Assembly: GCA_958425285.1 (NCBI GenBank)
Contig: CATZVV010000001.1
Location: 1 to 33,755, forward strand
Source: an uncultured Lachnoclostridium sp.
GTDB taxonomy: Bacteria; Bacillota; Clostridia; Lachnospirales; Lachnospiraceae
Direction of reading: 5' to 3'
DNA: 33,755 nt
The notes under the pieces were generated by a model, which saw only the letters and a list, made by a program, of their open reading frames with translations, was not told the DNA's origin and made no database searches. The position numbers and the translations under genes were made by a program. Of the stretch, positions 1 to 8,975 are shown in pieces. Position 1 is the stretch's first letter, and every line of letters starts with the position of its first letter.

Positions 1-75
1 GCAGCAAAAGCAGAGACACTTATTAACCGCCTCTCCGAAGAGGATGACTTGTTTGATGAATCCTTTTTGAAGTAA
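1..75 (+). CDS. 3' end of an unidentified CDS entering from upstream of the window
   Basis: Frame 1 is open from base 1 to TAA at 73-75 (AAKAETLINRLSEEDDLFDESFLK*). It is too short to assign a family. Confidence 0.3.
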   Translation, partial: AAKAETLINRLSEEDDLFDESFLK

Positions 76-103
76 AAAAGAAATCAGCTATGGCGGATAG
101 CTG
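74..103 (-). terminator. Rho-independent terminator downstream of the LacI-family gene
   Basis: 7-bp stem CAGCTAT/ATAGCTG (85-91 / 97-103) with a 5-nt loop. On the minus strand it is followed by ATTTCTTTTTT (complement of 74-84), just past the LacI C-terminal ORF end at 129. Confidence 0.55.
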
Positions 104-128
104 TACACCGGAGCTTTATTATAAAGGT

Positions 129-1116
129 TCAGTCGGGGGTATGGCAGCTATCTCGTTGTATAATACGACAGGGAAATTCAATACGAATGATTTCAGTGTG
201 TTTTTTTTGAATGCGGTCGAGCAGAAGCTGGACTGCCATGTGAGCCATTTCCGCACGAGGAATATGAATTGTCGTTAAAAAAGGAGAAGTATTTTGACTC
301 TCTTCAATATTATCAATTGATATAACAGAGATTTTTCGCTTTATTTGGCGGCGGTTTTCCTTTAGAAAATTTAACACACTGATCGCTGTAATATCATTGG
401 CGCAGAAGATTGCTGAGAAAGGGATTTCCTGCGTCAATAGCTGTGAAACTGCCAAATAACCAGAGGCAGCTGTCTGATCTGTTAATGAGATTATAGTTCA
501 TAGGAATATCATTTTTTATGAGCATATCACAATAACCGATATACCGACTTTCAAAGGAGCAGTCGCCAATATAAGCAATGCTTTTGTGCCCCAGAGCCAG
601 AAGATGTTTCATTGCTAATTCGGCGGCTCTTTTTCCGTCACAGACTACCTCATCAACATTAAAATTCATACTGTTTCGCCAAATGCCAACAACATTTTTC
701 GTTTGTTGTAAAATGTGATCCAGCAGTTTTTGAGAGCAGCGTCCTAAAATAATAACTCCATCCGAAGAAAGGTTATAGGTTAGGGATTCTTCAGCATAAA
801 TCACCTGATCAATTAAAGTGCCCTGCTGGAATAATTCAATCTCTAGGTTGTGAAATAATTCATAGAAAAAAGGATCTTCATCCAAGTTAGTAATACGGGC
901 TAAGACGACACTAATGTGAGAAACATTTTGTGTCATTTTAGTATTTTTACGAAGTTGTCTTGCTGATTCGTTTGGACAATAACCAGTATCTCTTGCAGCC
1001 TTCCATATCTTTTCCTGTAATTCTTTTGATGCGCAGGTAGAAGATGTATTATTAAGTACACGCGAAACGGTAGAAGGGGAAGTGCCTACAAGAGAGGCAA
1101 TCTTTTTTAATGACAT
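129..1116 (-). pseudogene. LacI-family transcriptional regulator, split by a frameshift
   Basis: The N-terminal ORF (394-1116) carries a LacI HTH (MSLKKIASLVGTSPSTVSRVLNN...ARQLRK) and the start of the sugar-binding fold. The family continues in another frame in ORF 129-455 (TDQTAASGYLAVSQLLTQEIPFSAIFCANDITAISVLNFL...). The frame switch must lie at about 470-497. Confidence 0.75.
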
Positions 1117-1208
1117 AGTCGTCTCCTTGTAAAAAATTTATATATAATGGTATTGAGATCAAAGGGGATTTTTAACTCATAATATCATTTTGAGAGTTTG
1201 AAGGCAAG

Positions 1209-1985
1209 TCAGAAAATATGTCTTGTACTTGTCCTTTTATATTCAGAGGGAGAAACTCCTGTAAAACTTTTAAAGTTTCGGTTAAAGGTTCGTATGGTGT
1301 CATAACCGCACTTCATTGCAATCGCAGAAATCGATTCCTTTGTATTGTGGAGTAGAAAACAAGCTTGGGAAATACGGTATTGGTTTAAGTAGGAGGTAAA
1401 AGGCATACTCATTTTTTCTTGAAAAAATTTAGATAAATAAGTGTAGTCATAGCCAAGTTGTTTTGTTGCTTGTGCCAAAGTACATGTTTCTTCATAGTGT
1501 TCCTGAACATAATTTAGCAACTTATACAACAGACTTTTTCGGTCAATGCCCGAAGAATAAGATATAAATTCTGTTTGCTGGATAAGCTGACCGCACATTT
1601 GATACAGAAAGGATTTGCAGTCATATATATTTTTAAACTCAAATTTCTCATAAGGGGCTGTTTTATAGGAAATCACATTGCTTTCAGGTACCATATTCTG
1701 ATACTTTTTATAGAAGCTTTCAATCATCTCATGCGGAAAGATAAGTAATACAATGCGGGAATGCTCTTTGGTGTCAAAGGAATGAAGTTGATTAGGAAAG
1801 ATAAAAGCCATTTCGTTTTTATGCAGATAATAATTTTGCCCGTTTATTGTCATGGAAAGAGTTCCCTCTGATACAAAAATAAATTCAAAGGTTCGATGAA
1901 AATGATCTGGGAAATTACAGTTTTCCAATGCAAAAGAATTATACATGTAGTCACCGCCGAACCACTGATTTTCATAAAAAAACAT
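1209..1985 (-). CDS. AraC-family transcriptional regulator (N-terminal cupin-like sensor plus C-terminal HTH)
   Basis: C-terminus is a typical AraC HTH (ISAIAMKCGYDTIRTFNRNFKSFTGVSPSEYKR). The N-terminus is cupin-like (FPDHFHRTFEFIFVSEG). ATG at 1985 follows GGAGTG. GTG at 2003 and ATG at 1946 are alternative starts. The gene is divergent from the GH51-like gene. Confidence 0.85.
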   Translation of the reverse strand: MFFYENQWFGGDYMYNSFALENCNFPDHFHRTFEFIFVSEGTLSMTINGQNYYLHKNEMAFIFPNQLHSFDTKEHSRIVLLIFPHEMIESFYKKYQNMVPESNVISYKTAPYEKFEFKNIYDCKSFLYQMCGQLIQQTEFISYSSGIDRKSLLYKLLNYVQEHYEETCTLAQATKQLGYDYTYLSKFFQEKMSMPFTSYLNQYRISQACFLLHNTKESISAIAMKCGYDTIRTFNRNFKSFTGVSPSEYKRTSTRHIF

Positions 1986-2125
1986 ACCAATCACTCCAAA
2001 CACAAATTTTGTCTATAATTATACAAGAAATTACTAGAAAAAGAAAGGGAAAAAGAACATAATATGTCTATAGAGAAGTGCAGGGAGATACATTTATAAA
2101 TGGAAAGGATTGGAGGCTGAACAAA

Positions 2126-5039
2126 ATGAAGAAAAGTTCTTTTTTTAAAAAGACGGTTACACTGATTTTGGTATTGGCGCTGGGAGTGGCAACAGTATAT
2201 CCCGGGCATTCCAGTTTGGGTGAGGAGAAAGAAAACATAGGAATGCCTATGACCGGCACGTGGGAATATTCAAAGGATACAGCAGATTATTCTCTCAATG
2301 TGGATGCCGGAAATAAATTATTTGATTTAAGTGATCTAATGTATGGAATCTTTTTAGAGGACATCAATGCGTCCTGTGATGGCGGACTGAGTGCTGAAAT
2401 GGTTGAAAACCGTTCCTTTGAGTATGGCAGCAAGTATGGATGCAACGTAAATTCAAAGTGGGGCACAGTAGGGACGGTGACAAGAAATGTTGTGGATGGT
2501 TCTGCGGATGGATCCGGTCTGAATGAAAATAATCCACACTATGTTGTTCTTTCCAATTCATCCGGTCAGAATGCGGGTCTTGCAAATGAAGGCTTTTTGG
2601 ATGGAATGTCAATTGAGGAAAATTTAGAATATCGTTTTTCTGTATATGTGAAAGGAATCGATGGCTATTCAGGAGAGGTACAGGCAGATCTTACGGTAGA
2701 CGGGGAATCTGTAGCATCCGGTGTGATACCAAATGTTACGGACGAATGGAAAAAATACGAACTTACGCTGACCCCTGATGTGACAGCAGCTTCTGTAAGT
2801 GATAAAGCTGTACAATTACAAATTACGATAGGTGATGGAAGCTGTGCATTTGATATGGTTTCGCTGATGCCACAGAATAACATTGGAGGCTTCCGTGCAG
2901 AATTGGTAGAGCGCCTGAAGGATATGAAACCAAGTTTTTTCCGGTTCCCGGGCGGTTGTGTGACGGAAGGAACTTCTACTCCGGATGATGCCTATAACTG
3001 GAAGCAGTCGATTGGCTGTGATGAAAATGGTGAACCGTTGGAGTTTAATGGCGTTTTTGGAGATGAAGCTGCCAGACGGATTGGTGAAAATAATGACTGG
3101 AATTATTATATGTCATATGACCTTGGATTTTATGAATATTTTGAACTCTGCGAATATTTAGACACATTGGCAATCCCGGTCTTGAATGCAGGTCTGGGAT
3201 GTGATGTAAGGGGCTCAAAGGGTGGACATACCGGAGAAGAACTTCAGAAGGATATTCAGACAGCACTTGATCTGGTTGAATTCTGCCGCGGTGATGAAAC
3301 AACAAAGTGGGGTGCAGTACGTATTTCCATGGGGCATAAGGAACCATTTAAATTAAAATATATTGGAATCGGAAACGAACAAAACAATGAATATTATTTT
3401 AATAATTATTCAGAATTTGTAAAGGCGTTTGCTGAAGCGGCTGAGGAAAATCCGGAAATGTATGGGGATATTCAACTGGCTATGTCTCCGATTATTTGTG
3501 AGGGAACAGGATGGTGATATTGTTAAAATGGCATGTTATGCTCCGTTATTCTGCAGTGTCGATAGGATAAATTGGAAGTGGAACATGATTTACTTTAATA
3601 ATAATGAAGTTTTGAACACAACGAATTATTATGCACAGAAGATGTTCATGAACCATATCGGAACAAAACAACTTTATTCCCGTTTGATTGGTGCAGAAAA
3701 TGTAGAAAAAGAAGATTTTGGTGGTTCGTTCAGTATTGGTTTTCAAAATATGCAGGCAGATTTCAAAAATGTTCAGGTTACGGATGAAAAAAACGGTGAA
3801 GTATACGAGGAAGACAGTTTTACAACGGATGTTTCCGATGAATATCTGTTTGATAACAGTAATTTGGAAAATTATACATTAGAAGCGGATTTTGCAGGAA
3901 CAGGTGAGGATGGCGAAGTTGTATTAAAATTTGCGAAAAAGGATGAAAGTAACTACTATACTTGGAATGTTGGGAAAGATGGAAGTTCCTTTTTGCAGAC
4001 AGTTGTAAATGGAAGTGCCAAAGCAGCACTTTCGTCGACAAAACGTGACTTTACACCGGAAGAGGATAAAACATATCATTTGAAAATGGAAGTCGACCGG
4101 AAACAGGTCAAATGTTATATTGATGGAGAACAGTATGCCTATTATAATGTGGGAGACACAGATGCACAGGCATACCAGTCTGTAAATTTAGATAAAAATG
4201 GAGATATTATTATTAAACTGGTAAATGTCACGGATAGCGAGAAAACATTTGCTGTTTCTGTAAAAAATGCGGAAAATATGAAGGACACCGGAACGGCATA
4301 TTGTCTTACGGGTAATGACTTAAACGATAAAAATGAGATGGGTTCTTTGGATAACATGGAAACAAAGCAAGAAACAGTGACAGGATTAAAAGAACAATTT
4401 AATTATAGTGTTCCGAAATATTCCATAACGATTCTTCGCATCCCGACAGATGATGCAGAAGTACAACCGGTTGTGCCGACTGAAACTCCGGTTTCTACTA
4501 TTTTGCCGACAATATCAGAAAGGCCTGCTACAAGTCAGCCCCCTGTCAATACGAAAGAACCTTTTCAGCCAATTTCCAACACTACAAAGACAGTTAAAAA
4601 AGGGACGGTCTTTGTGAGGGGAACCTTGAAATATAGGGTGACAAAGACAGGAAAAAAGGCAGCAGTAACAGTTGTTGGTGTTACGGCAAAGGGACGGAAA
4701 AAAGGAAGTATAAAGGTTGAAAAATCAGTTTACTATCAAGGAAGGTCATTTGTGGTTACTGCGGTTGCAAATGGGGCTTTTAAAAATCTGAAAAAATTGA
4801 AACAGATTATAATTGGAAAAAATGTAAAAACAATCGGTAAAAAAGCTTTTGTGGGTAATCGAAAACTTGGAAAGGCAGTGATTCAATCAAAAGCATTAAA
4901 ACGGGTTGGTGGAAAGGCTTTTGGGAAGACATGTAAAGAAATAAAAATATATCTGCCTTCTAAGAAGTTTAAAGTATATCAAAGATTGCTAAAAGGTAAG
5001 GGCTTAACAGAAAAAGCAAAGTTTATGAAGATATCTTGA
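2126..5039 (+). pseudogene. GH51-like alpha-L-arabinofuranosidase (signal peptide, CBM4_9-like insert, LamG-like insert, Pro/Thr linker, BspA-type LRR tail) disrupted by an internal deletion and frameshift
   Basis: ORF 2078-3517 has a signal peptide starting at MKKSSFF (ATG 2126 after GGAGG). It carries the GH51 hallmarks ENRSFEYG, FRFPGGCVTEG, YNWKQSIG and the acid/base IGIGNE. It stops 45 aa after GNE. ORF 3429-5039, in another frame, resumes at DGDIVKMACYAPLF...YYAQKMF, the segment near the end of the GH51 catalytic barrel. It continues into a beta-sandwich, a PT linker and LRR_5-like repeats (AFKNLKKLKQIIIGKNVKTIGKKAF). The segment that should carry the nucleophile Glu is absent. Confidence 0.7.
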
Positions 5040-5076
5040 AGGAGGAAGAGAGGATGAAAAAGAAGAAAAGGCAATT

Positions 5077-7581
5077 ATGGAAAAGGGAGTGGTTGGATTG
5101 TTAACAGCGGCATTGGTTGTTGGCATGGTGCCGGGTGAAGGAAGATGTGCTGTGTCTTCTGATAATGGGGATGGGACGTTTACAAATCCGGTCCTTTTTG
5201 CAGATGTGCCGGATCCAGATATAATTCGTGTCGGAGATGTGTATTATATGGTAAGTACAACGATGCATATGTCTCCGGGTGTGCCAGTTATGAAATCTTA
5301 TGACTTGGTAAATTGGGAAACTGTAAATTATGTTTATGACCAATTAGAAGAAAATGATGCCTGTGCATTGAAAAATGGAAAAAGTGATTATGCAAATGGT
5401 TCCTGGGCATCTACAATTCGTTATGATAAATACGAAAAGAGATTTTATGTGGAATTTTCATGCCAATCGACAAATAAGTCCTATTTCTTTTCGACGGATG
5501 ATATTGAAAATGGTTCTTGGCATCGTTCTGAAACGGTAAAGTGTTATGATGGCTCCATGCTTTTTGAAGATATGGGAACGGAATGTAAAAAGTATATTTT
5601 CTATGAAGATACAAGCGGTTCGACTAGCAACAGGTTATGTATGCGGGAGATGGATGTGGATCCTGAAACATGGGATGTCTCGCTTGGAGAACAGGTTGTC
5701 CTTGTTGCACAGCCGAATGTCGAAGATCCACCAAAGGGTTTGAAAGCAGAGGGCGTTCATGCGTATAAGATTGGTGAGTACTATTATATGTTTATGATTC
5801 AAGGACAGGGCTGGCAGCGTCAGGAAATATGCTGGCGGTCAAAAACGCTGGAGCCGGATACATTTGAAGTAAAAAAAATATTTACTGGGAATATGGTGGA
5901 TTCGTCGGGAAAAGATGTCATGCCATATACCGGAATTGCTCAGGGCGGAGTTGTAGATACGCCGGATGGAAACTGGTACTCAATGCTTTTTCAGGACTAT
6001 GGTTCCGTTGGGCGTATTCCAATACTGATTCCAATGGAATGGGATGAAGAAGGATGGCCGGTTCTTGGAAATGATGGAAAAAGTGTAGATCAAATTCTGA
6101 ATAAACCGTTGCCAGAGACACAAAACAAAAGCATTGTCCAATCGGATGAGTTTCATAACCGAAAAAATCGTAAAATTTACTCCGATGAGGACATTGACTC
6201 AGAAGTTACGGCGGGAATCCCGGTGGATGATTTGGAAGAAGTTGTGGCAGATGGACGTATTGCAGAAAACGAATATGGTTATAATGGCTCTAACTTGGGG
6301 ATGCCGTGGCAGTGGAATCACAATCCGAATAACAACCTTTGGTCTCTGACAGAACGAGAAGGTTTTTTGCGTTTGAAATCAGGCCTTCTTTCAAAAAATA
6401 TACAAACTGCGAGAAATACACTTACCCAGAGAACCTATGGACCAACGAGTGCAGCAAGTGTAGCAATTGAAGTTGCAAATATGAAAAATGGGGATGTAGC
6501 AGGACTCTCGGCATTTCAAAACCAGTATGGATTTGTAGGAATTAAAATGGAGGATGGAGAAAAATTTCTTGTGATGCATCGGGCACAAAAGAAAGGTGAT
6601 GCCGCAGGGGTTGAGATGGAATCCGTTCCGTTGGATACAGAAAGAGTTTATTTAAAGGTCTTTTGTGATTTTCGCGAAGATGAAACCAAAACTTCAACAC
6701 CTAGGTGTACAGACAAGGCATATTTTTATTATAGTTTAGATAATGAAAACTGGACACAAATTGGAGATACGCTCCAGATGGCATATGACTGGCCTCATTT
6801 TGTGGGTTATCGGTTTGGCTTATTTTATTATTCTACAGAACAATGTGGTGGATATGTAGACTTCGATTACTTCCATATTGCGGATGACTTGGATTCGCCA
6901 TATATTCCAGAGCCAGAAGAACCGATTGAAACAGAAGAGCCCACGCCAACACCTATAATTTCAGAAACACCTGTAAAAACGGATGCATCGAATACGCTAT
7001 TACCGGATGCAGAGCCATCTGCAACACCGAATTCGCACAAAAATCAAGTAAAAAATATAGTGAAGAGTCAAAAGATTACTATTAAGGCTTCCGATTATAT
7101 GCTGCAAAAGAATAGGCTTTATTTAAAAAAAGGAAAATGTGCTACCTTAAAAGCAATTCTCTCACCTGAAGATGTTTCTATAAAGGGTGTTACTTATAAA
7201 TCAAGTAATAAAAAGGTAGCGAACGTGACGTCGGCGGGTGTTGTTAAAGTAAAGAAAGCTGGAACTGCTAAGATTGTAATAAAGGCAAAGGATGGAAACA
7301 CAAAAACGACAGTTTTGGTAAAAGGTACAAAACAGGAAAAGAAAAATAAGAAACTGATTCTTGTATCCAAAAAACTCACAATAAAGAAGGGTAAAACAGC
7401 AGAAATTTGCATAAAAAAGACTACTTCAGGTACAACAAGTAAAGTAAAATATAAATCTGGAAATAAAAAAATAGCCAATGTAAAAAGTTATGGTATTGTA
7501 TCTGCTAAGAAAAAAGGCAGTATAACAATATGGGTTCAGTGTGGTAAGAAAAGAGAGGCGGTTCAGATAAAAGTAAAATAA
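5077..7581 (+). CDS. Glycoside hydrolase family 43 protein (beta-xylosidase / alpha-L-arabinofuranosidase type) with a ConA-like GH43_C2 domain and two Big_2 domains
   Basis: The GH43 N-terminus reads NPVLFADVPDPDIIRVGDVYYMVSTTMHMSPGVPVMKSYDLVNWE. The C-terminal beta-sandwich motif is WQWNHNPNNNLWSLTEREGFLRLKS. A PT linker follows, then two Big_2-like repeats (KVANVTSAGVVKVKKAGTAKIVIKA; KIANVKSYGIVSAKKKGSITIWV). Confidence 0.85.
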   Translation: MEKGVVGLLTAALVVGMVPGEGRCAVSSDNGDGTFTNPVLFADVPDPDIIRVGDVYYMVSTTMHMSPGVPVMKSYDLVNWETVNYVYDQLEENDACALKNGKSDYANGSWASTIRYDKYEKRFYVEFSCQSTNKSYFFSTDDIENGSWHRSETVKCYDGSMLFEDMGTECKKYIFYEDTSGSTSNRLCMREMDVDPETWDVSLGEQVVLVAQPNVEDPPKGLKAEGVHAYKIGEYYYMFMIQGQGWQRQEICWRSKTLEPDTFEVKKIFTGNMVDSSGKDVMPYTGIAQGGVVDTPDGNWYSMLFQDYGSVGRIPILIPMEWDEEGWPVLGNDGKSVDQILNKPLPETQNKSIVQSDEFHNRKNRKIYSDEDIDSEVTAGIPVDDLEEVVADGRIAENEYGYNGSNLGMPWQWNHNPNNNLWSLTEREGFLRLKSGLLSKNIQTARNTLTQRTYGPTSAASVAIEVANMKNGDVAGLSAFQNQYGFVGIKMEDGEKFLVMHRAQKKGDAAGVEMESVPLDTERVYLKVFCDFREDETKTSTPRCTDKAYFYYSLDNENWTQIGDTLQMAYDWPHFVGYRFGLFYYSTEQCGGYVDFDYFHIADDLDSPYIPEPEEPIETEEPTPTPIISETPVKTDASNTLLPDAEPSATPNSHKNQVKNIVKSQKITIKASDYMLQKNRLYLKKGKCATLKAILSPEDVSIKGVTYKSSNKKVANVTSAGVVKVKKAGTAKIVIKAKDGNTKTTVLVKGTKQEKKNKKLILVSKKLTIKKGKTAEICIKKTTSGTTSKVKYKSGNKKIANVKSYGIVSAKKKGSITIWVQCGKKREAVQIKVK

Positions 7582-7793
7582 TGTATTTCAGTTGGGTATT
7601 ATGGATATAAGGACCTGTCGCCAGAATGAACCCGGAAAAAATACGCTCCCCTTTTCCTGATTCCATTCTTATCAACATAAAAACGCAGACCCCCAAAAGC
7701 ATGGTTTTCTAATTATGGAGACGTCAGTGGCAAGTACTTTACGGTAAATTTGCGGAAATTAAAGACGGTTGTAACAAAAGCTGAAAATCAATA

Positions 7794-7822
7794 TTGACAC
7801 AAATAAAAAATCATGATAGACT
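7794..7822 (+). promoter_or_regulatory. Sigma-A-type promoter candidate for the thi operon
   Basis: TTGACA (7794-7799), a 17-nt spacer, then TAGACT (7817-7822) preceded by TGA (extended -10-like). It sits about 200 nt upstream of the thiS ATG. Confidence 0.45.
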
Positions 7823-7849
7823 ACGCATTAGATGTTGAACCGATTACAA

Positions 7850-8010
7850 GGGCAACAGAAGGGGGACACCACCGCGGGTGTCATTCTCCTTCTGTTGCCC
7901 TACTTTGCGTTTAAGCATTGAGCTCACGCACCCCCGAAGTGTGAAAAGGTGCGTGAGGGGGTATGTGACGAAAGCCCCGAAGGTGTGAGAACGAAAACTA
8001 AAAAAACGAA
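7850..8010 (+). promoter_or_regulatory. Structured 5' leader of the thiS operon (riboswitch/attenuator-like, class not assigned)
   Basis: Compound hairpin at 7850-7900: a perfect 13-bp outer stem and a 6-bp inner stem, followed by the U-rich tail UACUUUGCGUUU. A 9-bp hairpin at 7924-7956 has an alternative pairing to 7957-7967. CCCCGAAG(G)TGTGA is a direct repeat at 7932-7944 and 7975-7988. No TPP aptamer core motifs were found. Confidence 0.5.
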
Positions 8011-8023
8011 AGGAGTAACACCA

Positions 8024-8218
8024 ATGACTGTAAACGGAACGGAAGTGACATGGAGAGAAGGGATCACAGTTGAGCAGCTTATTATAGAAGCCGGATATGA
8101 CAAAACAAAAATTGCGGTTGAGTGTAATGGAGAAATTGTATCGAAGGCATCTTATCCGGTCACGGCATTAAATGAAGCGGATAAACTGGAGGTAGTCAGC
8201 TTTGTAGGAGGGGGGTGA
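8024..8218 (+). CDS. thiS: Sulfur carrier protein ThiS
   Basis: 64 aa, ubiquitin-like, ending in the obligatory Gly-Gly (…EVVSFVGGG*). ATG at 8024 follows AAAGGAG. The tracked ORF start at 7949 is an upstream extension through the leader. Confidence 0.85.
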   Translation: MTVNGTEVTWREGITVEQLIIEAGYDKTKIAVECNGEIVSKASYPVTALNEADKLEVVSFVGGG

Positions 8219-8222
8219 GTGT

Positions 8223-8870
8223 TTGAAAGAGAAAAAGATGATACCACAGGAAGAATTTAAATATGTACTTGAACTCCGCCATACAAAAGAAGTTCAGGAT
8301 AAAATTTCAGCAGCAACAGTTGGTGTGGCAGGTTTAGGTGGATTGGGGTCAAATATCGCTATTTCACTTGCGCGTCTTGGTGTAGGACATCTGATCCTTG
8401 TCGATTTTGATATTGTTGAACTGGTGAACTTAAATCGGCAGCAGTATTATATACATCAGATTGGCATAAAAAAGGCGGAGGCAATTCAGGAAATTCTACA
8501 TGAAATTAACCCTTATCTGGATGTAGAAGCATATGCAGTGAAAGTAACACCTGAAAATATACAAGACTTGTTTGGGACCTGTGATATTCTTTGTGAAGCA
8601 TTTGACAAACCAGATCAGAAAGCTATGCTTGCAAACTGTGTGCTGGAAAGGCTTCCCAACATTCCCCTTGTTTGTGGGTCGGGGCTGGCAGGATATGAAA
8701 ATGCAAATCAAATTGTAACTAGAAAAAAAATGAAAAATTTATACATTTGTGGTGATGAAGTTCATGCCGGAGCAGAAGGCAATGGACTGATGGCTCCGCG
8801 AGTTAGTATTTGTGCAGGGCACCAGTCCAATCTTGTACTTCAGCTTATTTTAGACAAAGTGGATTGTTAA
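8223..8870 (+). CDS. thiF: ThiF-family adenylyltransferase (sulfur carrier protein ThiS adenylyltransferase)
   Basis: Rossmann/ThiF motif VGVAGLGGLGSNIAISLARLGVGHLILVDFD. This is the short (~210 aa) clostridial form. TTG at 8223 follows GGAGGGGGG; ATG at 8238 is an alternative start. Confidence 0.85.
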   Translation: MKEKKMIPQEEFKYVLELRHTKEVQDKISAATVGVAGLGGLGSNIAISLARLGVGHLILVDFDIVELVNLNRQQYYIHQIGIKKAEAIQEILHEINPYLDVEAYAVKVTPENIQDLFGTCDILCEAFDKPDQKAMLANCVLERLPNIPLVCGSGLAGYENANQIVTRKKMKNLYICGDEVHAGAEGNGLMAPRVSICAGHQSNLVLQLILDKVDC

Positions 8871-8975
8871 ATCGATAAAGCCGCTGTTAAAGTGCCAGAG
8901 TGGCAAATTTGCATTTGTGTATTGCTGGCAAGGAACTTGTTATATGCAAAAAGCAGCGCAGAATGGAGGATAAAA

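Noticed and set aside
90-278. 62-aa plus-strand ORF at the window start
   Set aside because: It lies antisense to the conserved LacI C-terminal segment and spans the minus-strand terminator hairpin.
2014-2023. Palindromic TATAATTATA giving face-to-face -10 boxes for the divergent AraC and GH51 genes
   Set aside because: Neither strand has a convincing -35 at the right spacing, and AT-rich palindromes are common by chance in this intergenic composition. Not enough support to call promoters.
5054-5104. The 16-codon ORF upstream of GH43 as a regulatory leader peptide
   Set aside because: A single-base change fuses it to GH43 to form a perfect signal peptide. That makes a frameshifted original start the simpler reading. 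It is kept as a finding, not as a uORF feature.
7582-8023. Expected a TPP riboswitch upstream of the thi operon. Also considered the GGACCTGTCGCCAGAATGAACCCGG stretch (7610-7635) as a possible P4/P5 remnant.
   Set aside because: No CUGAGA element and no ACCUGAUCUGGAUAAUGCCAGCG-like segment in a compatible arrangement on either strand. The 7610-7635 similarity is superficial. The leader is reported as unclassified instead.
7949-8023. 5' extension of thiS (tracked start 7949), and likewise the extensions 13844-14005, 8892-8975 and 2078-2125
   Set aside because: The internal starts have proper RBSs and give family-typical lengths. The extensions run through structured leader or upstream genes and add non-homologous residues.
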